Part shown: positions 38,152 through 50,332 of the stretch, piece after piece
Position numbering within the stretch: position 1 is the stretch's first letter
Layout: each line of letters starts with the position of its first letter
From: Camelus dromedarius
Taxonomy: Eukaryota
Direction of reading: 5' to 3'
DNA length: 64,000 nucleotides
Assembly: GCF_036321535.1 (NCBI RefSeq)
Contig: NC_087437.1
Coordinates: forward strand, 4,092,001-4,156,000
Program-made: the position numbers and the translations under genes
The notes under the pieces: model-generated
Databases searched by the model: none
What the model saw: the letters and a program-made list of their open reading frames with translations, nothing else
Told to the model about the DNA's origin: nothing

Positions 38152-40684
38152 TCCGCAACAAAATATTAGCAGAATCCAACAGCACATAAAAAAGATTATA
38201 AACCATGATCAAGTTGGATTCATCCCAGGGATACAAGGATGGTTCAACATATGCAAATCAATGGGATACATCACATCAACAAGACAAAGGACAAAAATCA
38301 CATGATTATTTTAACAGATGCAGGAAAAGCATTTGATAAAATTCAACGCCCATTTATGATAAAAAAAAAAACAACTCTAACCAAAGTGGGTATAGAGAGA
38401 ACATATCTCAACATAATAAAAGCTATTTATGACAAACCTACAGCCAGCATAGTACTCAATGATGAAAAACTGAAAACCTTCCCACTAAAATCTGGAACAA
38501 GACAAGGATGCCCACTCTCACCACTTCTATTCAATATAGTATTGGAAGCCCTAGTATAGCAATTAGACAAGAAAAAGAAATGAAAGGGATCCAAATTGGA
38601 AAAGAGGTAAAACTGTCACTATATGCAGATGACATGATACTATGTATAGAAAATCCTAAAAGCTCCACAAAAAAACTACTAGAACTAATAAAAGAATTTG
38701 GCAAGGTGGCAGGATACAAGATTAATGTACAAAAATCAGTTGCATTTCTTTACACTAACAATGAAATATAAGAAAACAAAAGTAAAGAAACAATCCCTTT
38801 TAAAATTGCATCCAAAACAGTAAAATACTTAGGAATAAATCTGACCAAGTAAGTAGGTGAAGAACTTTTACATGGAGAACTACAAAACACTGATTAAGGA
38901 AATTAAAGAAGACTTTAAAAAATTGGAAAGATATCCCATGCTCTTGGATTGGAAAAATCAACAGTATTAAAATGGCCATATTACCCAAGGCAATCTAAAG
39001 ATTTAATGCGATCTCTATCAAATTATCCAGGACATTTTTCACAGAACTGGAACAAATGATCCTAAGATTTATATGGAATAACAAAAGACCCAGATTTGCC
39101 AAAGAAATATTAAAGAAAAAGAACAAAGCTGTTGGAATAACCTTCCAGACTTCAGACGATATTACAGAGCTACTGTAATCAAAAGAGCATAATATTGGCA
39201 TAAAAACAGACATATGGATCTATGGAACAGAATAGAGAGCCCAGGAATAAATCCACAGACATATGGTCAATTAATCTTCGACAAAGGAGGCGAGAACATA
39301 CAATGGAGTAGAGGCAGTCTCTTCAGCAAGTGGTGTTGGGATAACTGGACAGCAGCATGTAAATCAATGAAGTTAGAACACTCCTTCATTCCATCCACAA
39401 AAATAAACTCAAAATGGCTTAAAGACTTAAATACAATACAAGACACGGTGTATCTCCTAGAAGAAAACATAGGCAAAACATTCTCTGACATAAATCTTAG
39501 CAACATTATCCTAGGGCAGTCTACCCAGCCAATGGAAATAAGAGCAAAAATAAACAAATGGGACCTAATCAAACTCATAAGCTTTTGCACAGCAAAAGAA
39601 ACCATAAGTAAAACAAAACAACCTATGGAATGGGAGAAAATACTTGCAAATGATCCGACTGACAAAGGCTTAATTTCCAGAATATATAAACAGCTCATAC
39701 AAGTTAATAACAAAAAAAAAAAACTACCCAATCCAAAAATGGGCAGAAGACCTAAACAAGCATTTCTCCAGTGAAGACATATGAATGGCCAACAGACATG
39801 AAAAAAAAAAAAATGCTCAGTATCACTAATTATCAGAGAAATGCAAATCAAAACTATGATGAGGTATCACCTCACACCAGTCAGAATGGCCATCAATCAA
39901 AAGTCCATGAATGATAAATGCTCAGAGGGTGTGGAGAAAAGGGAACCCTCATACACTGCTGGTGGGAATGTAGTTTGGTGTAGCCATTGTGGAAAACAGT
40001 ATGGAGATTCCTCAAAAAACTAAAAACAGATTTACCGTATGATCCAGCAATCCCACTCCTGGGTATATATCCAGAGGGAACTCCAATGTGAAAAGATACA
40101 TGCACCCTAATGTTCATAGCAGCACTATTTACAACAGCCAAGATATGGAATCAACTTGAATGTCCAAGGACAGATGACTGGATAAAGAAGTTGTGGTATT
40201 TATACAATGGAATACCACTTTACCATAAAAAATAAAATAATGCTGCTTGCAGCAACGTGGATGGACCTAGAGATCATCATTCTGAGTGAAGTACGCCAGA
40301 AAGAGAAAGAAAAATACCATATCCTCATATGTGGAATCTTAAAAAAAAAAAAAAAAAAGGACACTATGAACTCATCTACAAATCAGAAACAGACTTGCAG
40401 ACTTGGTAAACAATTTTATGGTTACTGGGGAAAGGGGGTGGGAGGGGATAAATCTGGCAGTTTGTGATTTACAAATGCTAGCCACTATATTAAAAAATAG
40501 ATTTAAAAAGTTTCTTTTGTATGCCACAGGGAACTATGTTCAATATCTCGTAATAAACTTTAATGGAAAAAATATGAAAGTGAATATGTGTATGTACCTG
40601 CATGACTGGAACATCGTGCTGCGCGCCAGAGATTGATACGTTATAATTGACTGTACTTCAGTAAGAAACAAAACAAAACAAAAC
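38152..40684 (+). mobile_element. 2.5-kb 5'-truncated L1 with a disrupted reverse-transcriptase ORF2
   Basis: RT motifs ([22 protein letters not shown]) split across frames; TSD acaaaagactct at 38140-38151 and 40685-40696. Confidence 0.93.
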
Positions 40685-40799
40685 ACAAAAGACTCTCCAA
40701 AAGCAACAGGACAAAATACAAACCAAAATCATTACGAATTGGGAAGAAATTCTTAAGGAAGATACAATAAGGTACAGACTATAAAGGAGTCAATGGGAG

Positions 40800-41860
40800 T
40801 ATGTTAAAATGTTAAGTGCTGACAAAAGACATCATAAATAAACAAGCAGCTAGACTAGTGGGAACAGCATATTGAGTCAGTAAAAGATTAATATCCAGAA
40901 TGTACAAAGTATTTCTACAAATCAGTAAGAAACTACTAAACCCAATAGGAAAGCGGACCACGGATATGAATAGGTAATTCACAGCAGAGGGGATCCGAAT
41001 GGCCAATAGACACATGAAAAGATCCTTAACCTTATCAAAAGGGAAAGGAAATTTTAAAGGAAAGGAATATTTTAAAAAGGTACTATTTTCTTCCTAGTAG
41101 ACTGGAAAGGAATATTTTAAAAGGTACTATTTTCTTCCTAGTAGACTGGCAAAAATTAAAGAGATTGACAATACGAAGGATTGAAAGGGAGTTAGGAAAA
41201 TCAGAGCTCACTTATGTGCCTGGTGGGAATATAATTTGAAACACTCACTTAGGAGAGCAATCTGGCAATATCTAGTAAAATTAAAGATGATCCAGAAACT
41301 TCACTTAAAGTAAATGCCCTAGAGAAACCCCGGTACGCATGCACAAGAGCACTGCTACGCGTTTTTATAAAAATTGCAAATTATCTGAATATATGTGAAG
41401 AGGAAACAGGAAGAATTAAACTACTATAAACTCATACTTGGGGATATCACTCAAGCATGAAATGAATAATTTAGCTCTGCATGCTTTAGTAGGAGTAAAT
41501 CTCAAAAACAGAGTGAGAAAACTAGTTGGAGGTTGATATGACCTACTCATAGGACTCCCATCTCTGGATAAGAGGATTAGGGAAGACATCCCAGAAGAAA
41601 TGCCGTCTCTGGAAAACATCAAAATACTATCTTTAAAGCATCCGTATATGAAAGTAAAGCTGAGGATAACACAGATCAACGTAATAACAGTGGTCCCCCC
41701 AGGAAGGCAACATAGAGAATGCGATCAGGGAGATTCAACTCTACTTGAATATTTTATTTCTTTAGCAAAGTCTGAGACAAACATGCAAGATGTTAGCCTT
41801 CAGTCTGGGTTGGGAACACTTATTACATTATTCTCCGTAGTTTTCTGTATATTCCAAGGA
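40800..41860 (+). mobile_element. Old L1M-type 3' relic
   Basis: Degenerate ORF2 end and 3'UTR (aatggccaatagacacatgaaaagat..., tggtgggaatataatttg). Confidence 0.65.
41059..41147. repeat. About 45-bp tandem duplication
   Basis: ggaaaggaatattttaaaa(a)ggtactattttcttcctagtagact occurs twice. Confidence 0.9.
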
Positions 41861-42108
41861 AATCGTGACTAAGAAGGGAAAAAAGAAACGCTGAACGATG
41901 TAACGCAGGAATTAAGGGGGAACGAACAGGCCCTTGAAAAGGGAGTGTTTGTGTCTCATGAAAACCAATCTGGTGAGGAAATTAAGGATGCCAAAACAGC
42001 AAATAAATGAATTTCTATTTTCATTCCAATGTATGTTCCCTTAAAACAAAACAAAACAAAAAAACTCTGAGATGCAAGAGAATCACTGACAGCGACTAGA
42101 AACTGCAC

Positions 42109-42597
42109 TTGTTGGAAAATGTGGTGGAATTTTCTGCTGCCGCTCTCACTGAGAGGGGGGTCTAATTTCCCTCCCTTTGAACCTGGGTTGGCCTTATGGC
42201 TTATTTGATCCACAGAATGCAGCAGAAGTGAGACTTCCACATATAAGAAGCCTGCAGCTTCCATCCAGGCTCACGGGTCTCTTGGGGAAGGAGCCACCAA
42301 TCACCATGTAAGGAGTTCCGCTACTTTGGGGCTTCCACATTGAGAGGAAGCTCAAACTCCTCCCATGGCAGGGTTACGTGGGAAAGAACCAGAGCCACCT
42401 GGCCAGCCCTCGGATAATCCAGCCACGTGATTGGAAAGGCTTTCTGATGGGTCCGGCCTCAGCCACGATCTGACAGAGACCCTGAGCGAAACGCGCAGGA
42501 GAGCCCAGCCAGCCCACAGAACCATGAGAGACACGTTGTTTTCAGGCCCCTGGGTTTTGGGATGGGTTTTATCGCAAAAGTAGATAAACCGGTACAG
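42109..42597 (+). mobile_element. MLT1-type (ERVL-MaLR) solo LTR
   Basis: ccctccctttgaacctgggttggcctt...cagaatgcagcagaagtga...agtagataaccggtaca are MLT1 hallmark motifs. Confidence 0.8.
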
Positions 42598-43815
42598 GAA
42601 GGGAGATCTAGGCTAGCTTTCCTGAAATGCTGTTCGAGGCGCCTACCTGTCGGGGAAGTGGAGACATGGCACTGGGGCCCGTGAGTCACCTGCTGTGGCC
42701 ACACACCGCCCCGTCCCCGGGACACATGATCCAGTGAGCACAGCCCTCCGCCTCGTGGCCCCACAGCCTGACAGGGGAGCCAGGGAGGCGGACCTGGGCT
42801 GTGATGCAGGTGCGCAAAGCCCCCGAGAGCTCTGGGAAGTTAGAAAACCAGCATCTGGATGTCTTGGCAAAGGACGGGGCACAGGGTGCAGAGGATTTTC
42901 TGGTAGAGGCCTGCTTTAGCCAGTTCTGAAGGGCAAATGCTGGATTTCAAGCATGGGTGTTCCCTAAGGAAATAAAGACGTCGTCACTGGGGGGAGGAAG
43001 AAGTATTGCTAAGTGCCATCCTTTCCGGGCGGGGACTGGACATCACTAACTTGGCAACGCGCTGACAAGCTGCGTTGCCTTGGCAACTCCCCTACTAGGA
43101 CATGTATATGTTCACCTCAGAAGGACACAGAGAGGACCTTGCCTGCATTACTTTAAAAGCTATGAGAAGAAAACGAATCAGAACAAAACACAAAATACGA
43201 CATGCAAATTCATGTACTTGTCCATTTGGCATTTTTTCAAGGTCATATTTCATCCTATCTCCCCCTACACTGGCTCTTCTCTTACAAAAAAGACTCAGGT
43301 TTTGCTTTTGAGGGGAGGAGAAATCCTCTATCTTTATAGTTCAAAAAGTACTCTATAACCACTCTATGAAGGAGATGCCACTCCTCCTGCTTTATAGATG
43401 CTAATGCTGAAACTCAGCAAGAATGAGCGACCACCCCAAGGTCACAAGGGGGCAAACAGCAGGATCTGGACTCTGATACAATCATCTACACCTCTCACCA
43501 GGGCTGCCTCTTCCTTCCAGGAGATTCAGTGGAAATGAGCAAAGTACACGGATGGAAAGCTACAAAAAGACTGCTAGTAAACAGCGTGATCGAGCGAAAT
43601 GTGCACAAGGGAAAGAAAGACGTGGAAGTGGATCTGGAGGCGGAGGGAGGACTATTAGGGCCACCCTTGGTGGCGGTGGGTTTTGAGCCTGATTTTGTGG
43701 ACAGTGATGGACCTGCGGTGATGGGAGGAGGGCAGAGCCTGGGGGCTACACCAGCAGCAGCGCAGCACTGGTTTTAGGGGAGGGAAGGCTCCTGCATTTT
43801 CGCAGCTACTGATAC

Positions 43816-44040
43816 CAGTGGTTCTCAAATGGAAGAGATCTTGTCCCCCAGGGGACACTTAGCAATGTCTAGAGAGATTTTTTATTTTTACTGCTGGGGT
43901 GGGGGGCAGTGCTACTGGCATCTAACGGGCAGAGGCTGGGGATACTGCTGAACACCCTCTAATACACGGGAAAGTCCTGCACAACGCAGAATTGGCTCAA
44001 ATGTCAATATTGGGAAACTATGTAAGTTGAGAAATCCTGA
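43816..44040 (-). mobile_element. MER20-like DNA transposon relic
   Basis: cagtggttctcaa...tactggcatctaa...gttgagaaatcctg. Confidence 0.75.
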
Positions 44041-44064
44041 CCTATACGTATTTAACACGTTGTA

Positions 44065-44516
44065 CTAGAACTTTCAAAAGAAATAGAACAAAGAGGGTGT
44101 GTGTGTGTATATCTATATATATTTATATCTACAGAGAGAGGAGAGAAAGTCAAAGAGACAGGGAATTGACACACGTGATTATGGGGCTGGCTGGAAATTC
44201 TGGTTGCAGTTTCGAGAGTAATGTGCTTGTCATAACTGAAGTAGGGGGTTCTTTGAGCTAGTAGTTCAAAATATTGATATTTTATGAGAAAGCTGTCTTC
44301 TCTAGAGACTCAGGAGTCCTCAGTCCTAATAGTCTTCAGCTGACTGGATGAGCCCCCCATCATGGAGGGTAACCTGACTGACTCAAAGCCTACTGATTTC
44401 AATGCTAGTCACTTCTTAAAAACCCCTCCACAGCAACATCTTGACTGATGTTTAACCAAGTAACTGGGAAACATGCATAACGCAGCCAAGCTGACACATA
44501 CAATCAATTAATCAGC
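44065..44516 (-). mobile_element. MLT2-type LTR relic
   Basis: Ends ccaagctgacacatacaatcaattaatca, the reverse complement of the MLT2 start seen at 58636. Confidence 0.65.
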
Positions 44517-44564
44517 ATACATATCTCAACTTTCAAAACCCTGGAAGGCAAAGAGTTTATCCTT

Positions 44565-45306
44565 TTTTTTTTCTTCAATTGAAGCGTAGTCAGTTACAAT
44601 GTGCCAGTTTCTGGTGTACAACAGAATGTCCCAGTCATGCATATACATACATATATTCAATTTCATATTCTTTTTCATTAACGGTTATTTGAAGATATTG
44701 AATATAATTCCTTGTGCTATACAGAAGAAATTTGTTTTTTTAAAATCTATTTTCACATACAGTAGATAACATTTGCAAATCTCAAACTCCCAAATTTATT
44801 CCTTCCCACCCGCTTTGCCCTGATAACCAGAAGATTGTTTACTATGTCTGGGAGTCTGTTTCTGTTTTGCAGACGAGTTTATTAGTGTCCTCTTTTTTCT
44901 TTTTCTTTAGATTCCACACATGAGTGGTATTAGCTCCACGTAAAACTAGAACTGATTAAAGAATTCAGCAAGTAGCAGGACACAAGAACAGACAGAAATC
45001 AGTTGCATTTCTTTACACTAACAATAAAATATCAGAAAAAGAGAGTAAAGAAACAATCCCTTTCAAAATCGCATCAAAAACAATAAAATACTTGGGAATA
45101 AATCTGACCAAGGAAATGAAAGACTTATACATGGAGAACTACAAAACACTGATTAAAAAAATTAAAGATGACTTAAAGAAATGGAAAGATATCCCATGCT
45201 CTTGAATTGGATTGGAAGAATCAATATTGTTAAAATGGTCATATTGCCCAAGGCAATCTACAGATTTAATGTGATTACCTATCAAATTACCCAGAACTAG
45301 AACAAA
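44565..45306 (-). mobile_element. Minus-strand L1 3' end joined to an inverted ORF2 segment (twin priming with a large internal loss)
   Basis: Poly-T plus reverse 3'UTR to about 44931, then plus-strand ORF2 (44932-45306) matching 38661-39062; flanked by ttatcctt on both sides. Confidence 0.82.
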
Positions 45307-45589
45307 TTATCCTTGTTTTAAAGATGAAGGAAGTAAAATTCAGAGACGTTAATGAATTTTCCCATGGTTGCACAGCTAACACTACTAACAGCCTATTTGG
45401 AGCACTTACTGTGAGCTGATGCTGGGTTAAGAGCTCTCTCTTGCTAAACCCAATTCAGGTAGCTACTATTCTTTTGATTAGTTCCATTTTATAGAGGAGA
45501 ACGCTGAGACACAGAAAGGCAATGTACATTTCCCAGAGCCAAACGGTTTTTAAGCGACAGAGCCAGAATTTGAAGTTAGCTAGTCTGGC

Positions 45590-45760
45590 TCCTGGTCTCA
45601 CCCGGAATCATCAGGAGGGTTTAACTGAAACAAATTGCTGGGCCCCACCCAGTACATTTGGGATGGGCCCAGTGATTTGCATTTTTAACAATCTCCCAGG
45701 TGATGCTAATGACCAGGCCTGGGGAACACACTTTGAGAATCCACGCTCCAAACCACTGTG
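45590..45760. mobile_element. MER5A-like hAT relic
   Basis: atttgcatttttaacaatctcccaggtgatgctaatg...acactttgagaatccac. Confidence 0.7.
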
Positions 45761-45849
45761 CTGAGCTTGGCGTTAAGTAACAATGAGCAAGACTGAACCA
45801 AAGGGCATCCGTTCCACAAATGCTCCCAAGACCTCGCCAGCCACCAGGT

Positions 45850-47463
45850 GTAGAGGTTCCGCATCGATTCTGATGTGTCGGGGGTCATCCACCTCCAAAC
45901 AGTGGCCTAACATCACTGGACTGGCTTGGTCCTCAACCCCCCCCCCCCACTTCAAAGGCCAATCACAAGTCCAGGTTGTCACCTGTGCTTCTGACTGAAC
46001 AGCTATAGGCAGTCCCCTTATCCTCACCTCAAGTGCAGTTAATTTGCTAGAGTGGCAAAACTCAGAGAGATGTTTTACTTACTTAATGACTGGTTTACTG
46101 TAGAAGCATATAACTCAGGAACAGCCAGAGGGAAGAGGTGCACAGGGCAAGGTGTGGGGAAGGGGCTGGAGCGTCCGTGTCCCCGGGGCTCGAGCCCAGG
46201 ACTCTCCTAGCACCCTCGCGGGTTCACCAACCCGGAAGCTCCCCGAACCCAGGCCTTAAGGTTTTATAGAGGCTTCTGTAATAGGCATGATGGACTGAAT
46301 CATTGGCCAATGGTGATTCACACCCACCGGAAATCAGGGGGTGGGACTGAAAGTTTCAGCTCTCTATTTGCGGTTGGTCCCCATAGCAACCACGCCCCAT
46401 CTTTAGGTGTTTTCCAAAAGTCACCTCCTTAACATAAACTCAGTCCTGGTGGAAAGGGGCTTATTGGGAATAACAGGACATTCATTTCACCTGATGTCTC
46501 TGAAGCCATTTCAGGGACTGAGGACAAGAGACCAAATTTTGTTAAAGCCATTTGCAGCAACACGGATGGACTTGGAGATTGCCATACTAAGTGAAGCAAG
46601 TTGGACAAAGACAAATATATGGTATCACTTATATGTGGAATCTAAAAAATGACACAAATGAACTTATTCACAAAACAGAAACAGACTCACAGACATAGAA
46701 AACAAACTTATCGTTCCTGGGGAGAAGAGGGGTGGGGAGGGATAAATTGGGAATTCAGGATTTGCAGATACTAACTACTATGTATAAAATAGATAAACAA
46801 CAAGTTTCTACTGTATAGCACAGGGAACTATATTCAATACCTGGTATTGAATAACCTACTATGAAAAAGACTATGAAAAGGAATATATATACATATATAT
46901 GTATAACTGAATGTGGGCAGCCCTAAGTGAGTAGGCCGTGGGGCCCAGGCCAAAGTTCACAACAGCTTGCACCTGGTAAGAGGTAACCGTACAGCGTGAG
47001 CTAGTAGCACGTGTAAGCATTATGAACAACACGCATGCGCTAGCATTATAAAAGGACAAGTGCGTACACCTAAGCGCGGCCCGCCGCGTGCGCCACCCGC
47101 CTGTACTGCAATAAAGGGCTGTTTCGCTGCATGCCAGCTCCTCACGCATTTTTCCAGTCGGGCAGCCCACCTCCTGGAATTCCCCTTCAGCCTCCCTCGG
47201 CTGACACTGAATCACAATGCTGTGCACCAGAAACTAACACAACACTGTAAACCAACTACCCTTCAATTTAAAAAAGAGACCAAATTCCAGTGTTGTCTAT
47301 AACTCAATAAAAAAATGTTTAAAAAAAAAAAAAAAGACCAAATGTAACAAAAGATGCTCCCACTGCTCTCATTGCTGAGGAAATTCCCAGGGTTTGGGAG
47401 CTGTGAGCCAGGAACCAGGAACCAACAGTAAAATATACACCCGTTATAAATGACAAAATCACA
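45850..47463. mobile_element. MER21-like LTR interrupted by an L1 3' end (about 46540-47277), which is itself interrupted by a solo LTR
   Basis: aagtccaggttgtcacctgtgcttctgac...aactcaggaacagccag motifs. The element resumes at agaccaaatgtaacaaaagatgctcc, and agaccaaat is repeated around the inserts. Confidence 0.72.
46912..47206 (+). mobile_element. Young, CpG-rich 295-bp solo LTR
   Basis: TG...CA ends, 5-bp TSD ctgaa (46907-46911 and 47207-47211), TATAAAA at 47047-47053, AATAAA at 47110-47115. It interrupts the L1 consensus gtataactgaa|tcac. Confidence 0.88.
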
Positions 47464-48318
47464 CCAGGTAGTAGAGATAAAATGATGCAAGGCAGTCTGG
47501 GTCCCTGGGTCCCTGCCCCCATGACTTCTCCAGGGCCTGGGGAGTAAGTCTGTTAGAAAGAGACCAGGCTTTGGTGGGGAACCTCTGGTCACTGGCGGTG
47601 CTCCCAGCCGGGGCCCCTCCCCAGGTGTGGGCCCAGGGAAGACCCCCAAGAAGAAGCAGATGGCTAAGGTGGGAAGTGAGGGAGAAGCAGGAACTAGACA
47701 GGGGACTCCAAGGAGGAGGGGAAGCAGTCCAAGGCTGGGAGACCCCCGTGTACCTGCAGGGGCCCAGAGGGGAAGGAAGGGCTCCCCATTTGGGGAGCTG
47801 GAGGCAGTTCAGAAAGCTAAGCCGCAGTGTTTTGCCCTCATCTCCTTGTCACATCATCATACAACCTGTACAGTACATCTTCCCAGCCTCATCTTCCTCA
47901 TCTGTGTAATAGGAAAGTACCGTATTTCCTGGATTCAAAGTGCACCCCCCCATTTTAACATTCCTGTAATCAGGATAGCTGTTACTATAGATTTGTACTT
48001 TTATTGCTGTTTTATTTATTTATTTTTTTCTCTTCCTTGGAAGCTATTGGGCAACAGATGGTATCTCAGAATTAAGGGAGGTGGAGTCAGTTTCTCTTTA
48101 CCTTTATCCCAGTGCTAAAAGAATACGGGACTATCCAATGAGATTAAGGGCCACGTTGGCTTTCAGCATCACCTGGGGGGCCCTTCAACTCTACCAATTC
48201 CTCAGCTCCTTCTCCAGGGATTCTGATGCTGTTGATCCTGAGCAAGAAACTGGTGGAAATTTTCTGAAACCCAGGTGCTTGTAATAAACAGCCAAAGTTA
48301 AGCACTGATCCCTTACGG

Positions 48319-48534
48319 CAGGGGTCAGAAAACTATCACCTGTGAGCCAAATCGGACTCTGTTGTGGTAGCTAAGTTTTGTCGAAACACAGCCCCATGCA
48401 TATATTTACATACTATGTTTGTCCGCTTTTTCATCTCAGCAGCACAGTGGAGTAGGTGCAGCAGAGACAGCACGACCCACTAAGTCTAAAATGTTTACAA
48501 CCTGGCTCTCTGCAGAAAAACTTGCCCAACTTTG
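48319..48534 (+). mobile_element. MER58A-like hAT relic
   Basis: caggggtcagaaaactatcacctgtgagccaaatc...tctaaaatgtttacaacctggctctctgcagaaaaacttgccc. Confidence 0.78.
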
Positions 48535-48908
48535 CTCGATACTGTTGCTGCTCAAAGTGTGGTTCTCAGCTCAGCACCGTCAGCACCCGCAGAGCGCCAT
48601 CAACGCCTGCTGACGGCGCAGACTCCCCAGCCCAGTGAGTCGGTCTGCGGAGGAAGGAGGCCCCCAGGCCGTGTGTATGCACATCAACATTTGAGCCACC
48701 CTGCCCTGTGCCCATCTGACCCCTGCCGTTCTCTCTGGCCGCTTTTTTGCCCTCTGCCTGGCTCAGTCCTCATCCTCTGGGTCTTTATGGCAACACTGTT
48801 TTCTCAGGGAGGTTCTAAATTACGTCTCCTTTGTGATCTTTCTTTCAAGGCCCCTTATTATTTTTCTTCATTGCATGTCTCAAATCTGTGATTAAACCTT
48901 TGTTTGAA

Positions 48909-49120
48909 GGGGGGAGGGTATAACTCAGTGGTAGAGTGTGTGTTTAGTATGCGTGAGGTCCTGGGTTCAATCACCAATGCCTCTGTTAAAAATAAATACC
49001 AGTGTAGAGCACAATTTTTCAGTTATATATGAACATACATATATTCATTTTCACGGTAAAATGACTATAACTCAATAAAAAAAAGTTTAAAAATAAACAA
49101 ACAAACCTAATTACCTACTG
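48909..49120 (+). mobile_element. tRNA-Ala-derived SINE interrupted by a ~90-bp inverted L1 terminus (48999-49088)
   Basis: SINE head, then L1 pieces in opposite orientations, then the SINE tail aaacctaattacct. Confidence 0.85.
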
Positions 49121-49311
49121 GCCCATACATAAGTAAAAACAATTAGGAAACAAACTTACATGAATCATGACATTTTAAAAAAATTACTTAAAAAAAAAAA
49201 GAAAACTTCATTTGAGTATTTATCTCATTAATGTCTGTTCCCCAACGGGAAGCTTCCTAAGGGTGGAGGCTGGGTTCTCAGGACATGAGAAAGAGCTCAG
49301 AAAGGTACAGG

Positions 49312-49832
49312 TGAGACAGGAGGGAAGCGGGTAGGGCACAACCTTTAAACGAATGACACAGCCGTTGAGGATAGGACAAAAACTGGTTAGAACAAATGTG
49401 GCCCAAGATGGCAGAAGATTTGACTCCCAGTAGACCTTGAACCTCATCATAGGCTCATTGTAACATAGTTACATGCTAAATAACATGCCCACAGGGGCCA
49501 AGACAGTTCCGAGGCTGGCCACAAAATGCCAAAAAGTGGGTGGTGGCCTAATTCCTGTAAATCCCTACCCCTTCCCCAAAATCGTTGGAATAATCTTCCC
49601 GCTTGTTAGCATATGAAATTGCCCAGCCCATAAAAACTAACCGCCCTCACACCCCGGGGCAGCTCTCCTTTCTGAGATGGACCACACTCTGCCTGAGGAA
49701 CACGCCTCTCGCTGAGTAAACTTGTTTTCACTTTATTTGAATTCTATCCTGCTCAAAGCCAAGAACTCTCACTGGGCATCTTGTCCCAGGGACTTGCCCG
49801 AGACCTGGGACATGACCATCCTCTTTCTTCCA
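49312..49832 (+). mobile_element. Solo LTR of the same family as 57064-57677
   Basis: Both start tgagacaggagggaag and share ttggaataatc...cttgttagcatatgaa and cagggact...gagacctgggaca. The 3' end and TSD are uncertain here. Confidence 0.8.
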
Positions 49833-49875
49833 AGAAGAGGTAATGAAAAGAGGAATGATTATTTTGGAAGTTACT

Positions 49876-50332
49876 TGGTGGGTGGAAACCAAAGGAATGT
49901 CGCTCACCATCTGGCTCTACAAGGACTCACTGACCTACAGTACACTCTGAAGGGAGTTCAAGGGCAAAGAACAGGATGGGGCACTTTGTGCTTTGGGAAA
50001 ACAGGCAAAACAGGCCCTCAGATAGTTAGACCAGATCCTTGCATCTTCCGATACTTAGAAAAGCATAAAATCATTAACTGATATATCTGTTCCTTATGAC
50101 TAGCAGTAAAATTCTGCCCAAGGTGTGCTGCATTGCATGTACGACTTCGCCAAAATCACACATATACTGGCCTCTACTCTCCAGCCCCCACCTCTTCAGA
50201 GCAGTTCCTCAAGATATCTGAGAGGTTGACTCCCAGGCCACAGTCCTCAGTAAGACACTGAGTAAAGCTCAACCCACAGCTCTCACATGTGTGCGTGCGT
50301 GTGTGTGTGTGTGTGTGTGTTCCCAGCTGACA
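49876..50332 (+). mobile_element. ERV1-type LTR related to 21979-22475, with a (TG)n tract near its end
   Basis: Shared motifs ctctgaagggagttca, ggccctcagatagttag, gagcagttcctca, gtcctcag; ends cagctgaca. Confidence 0.65.

Noticed and set aside
38152..40684. Active reverse transcriptase gene or novel RT system
   Set aside because: It is an ordinary 5'-truncated L1 ORF2 with frameshifts and stops, and has no ORF1 or endonuclease domain.
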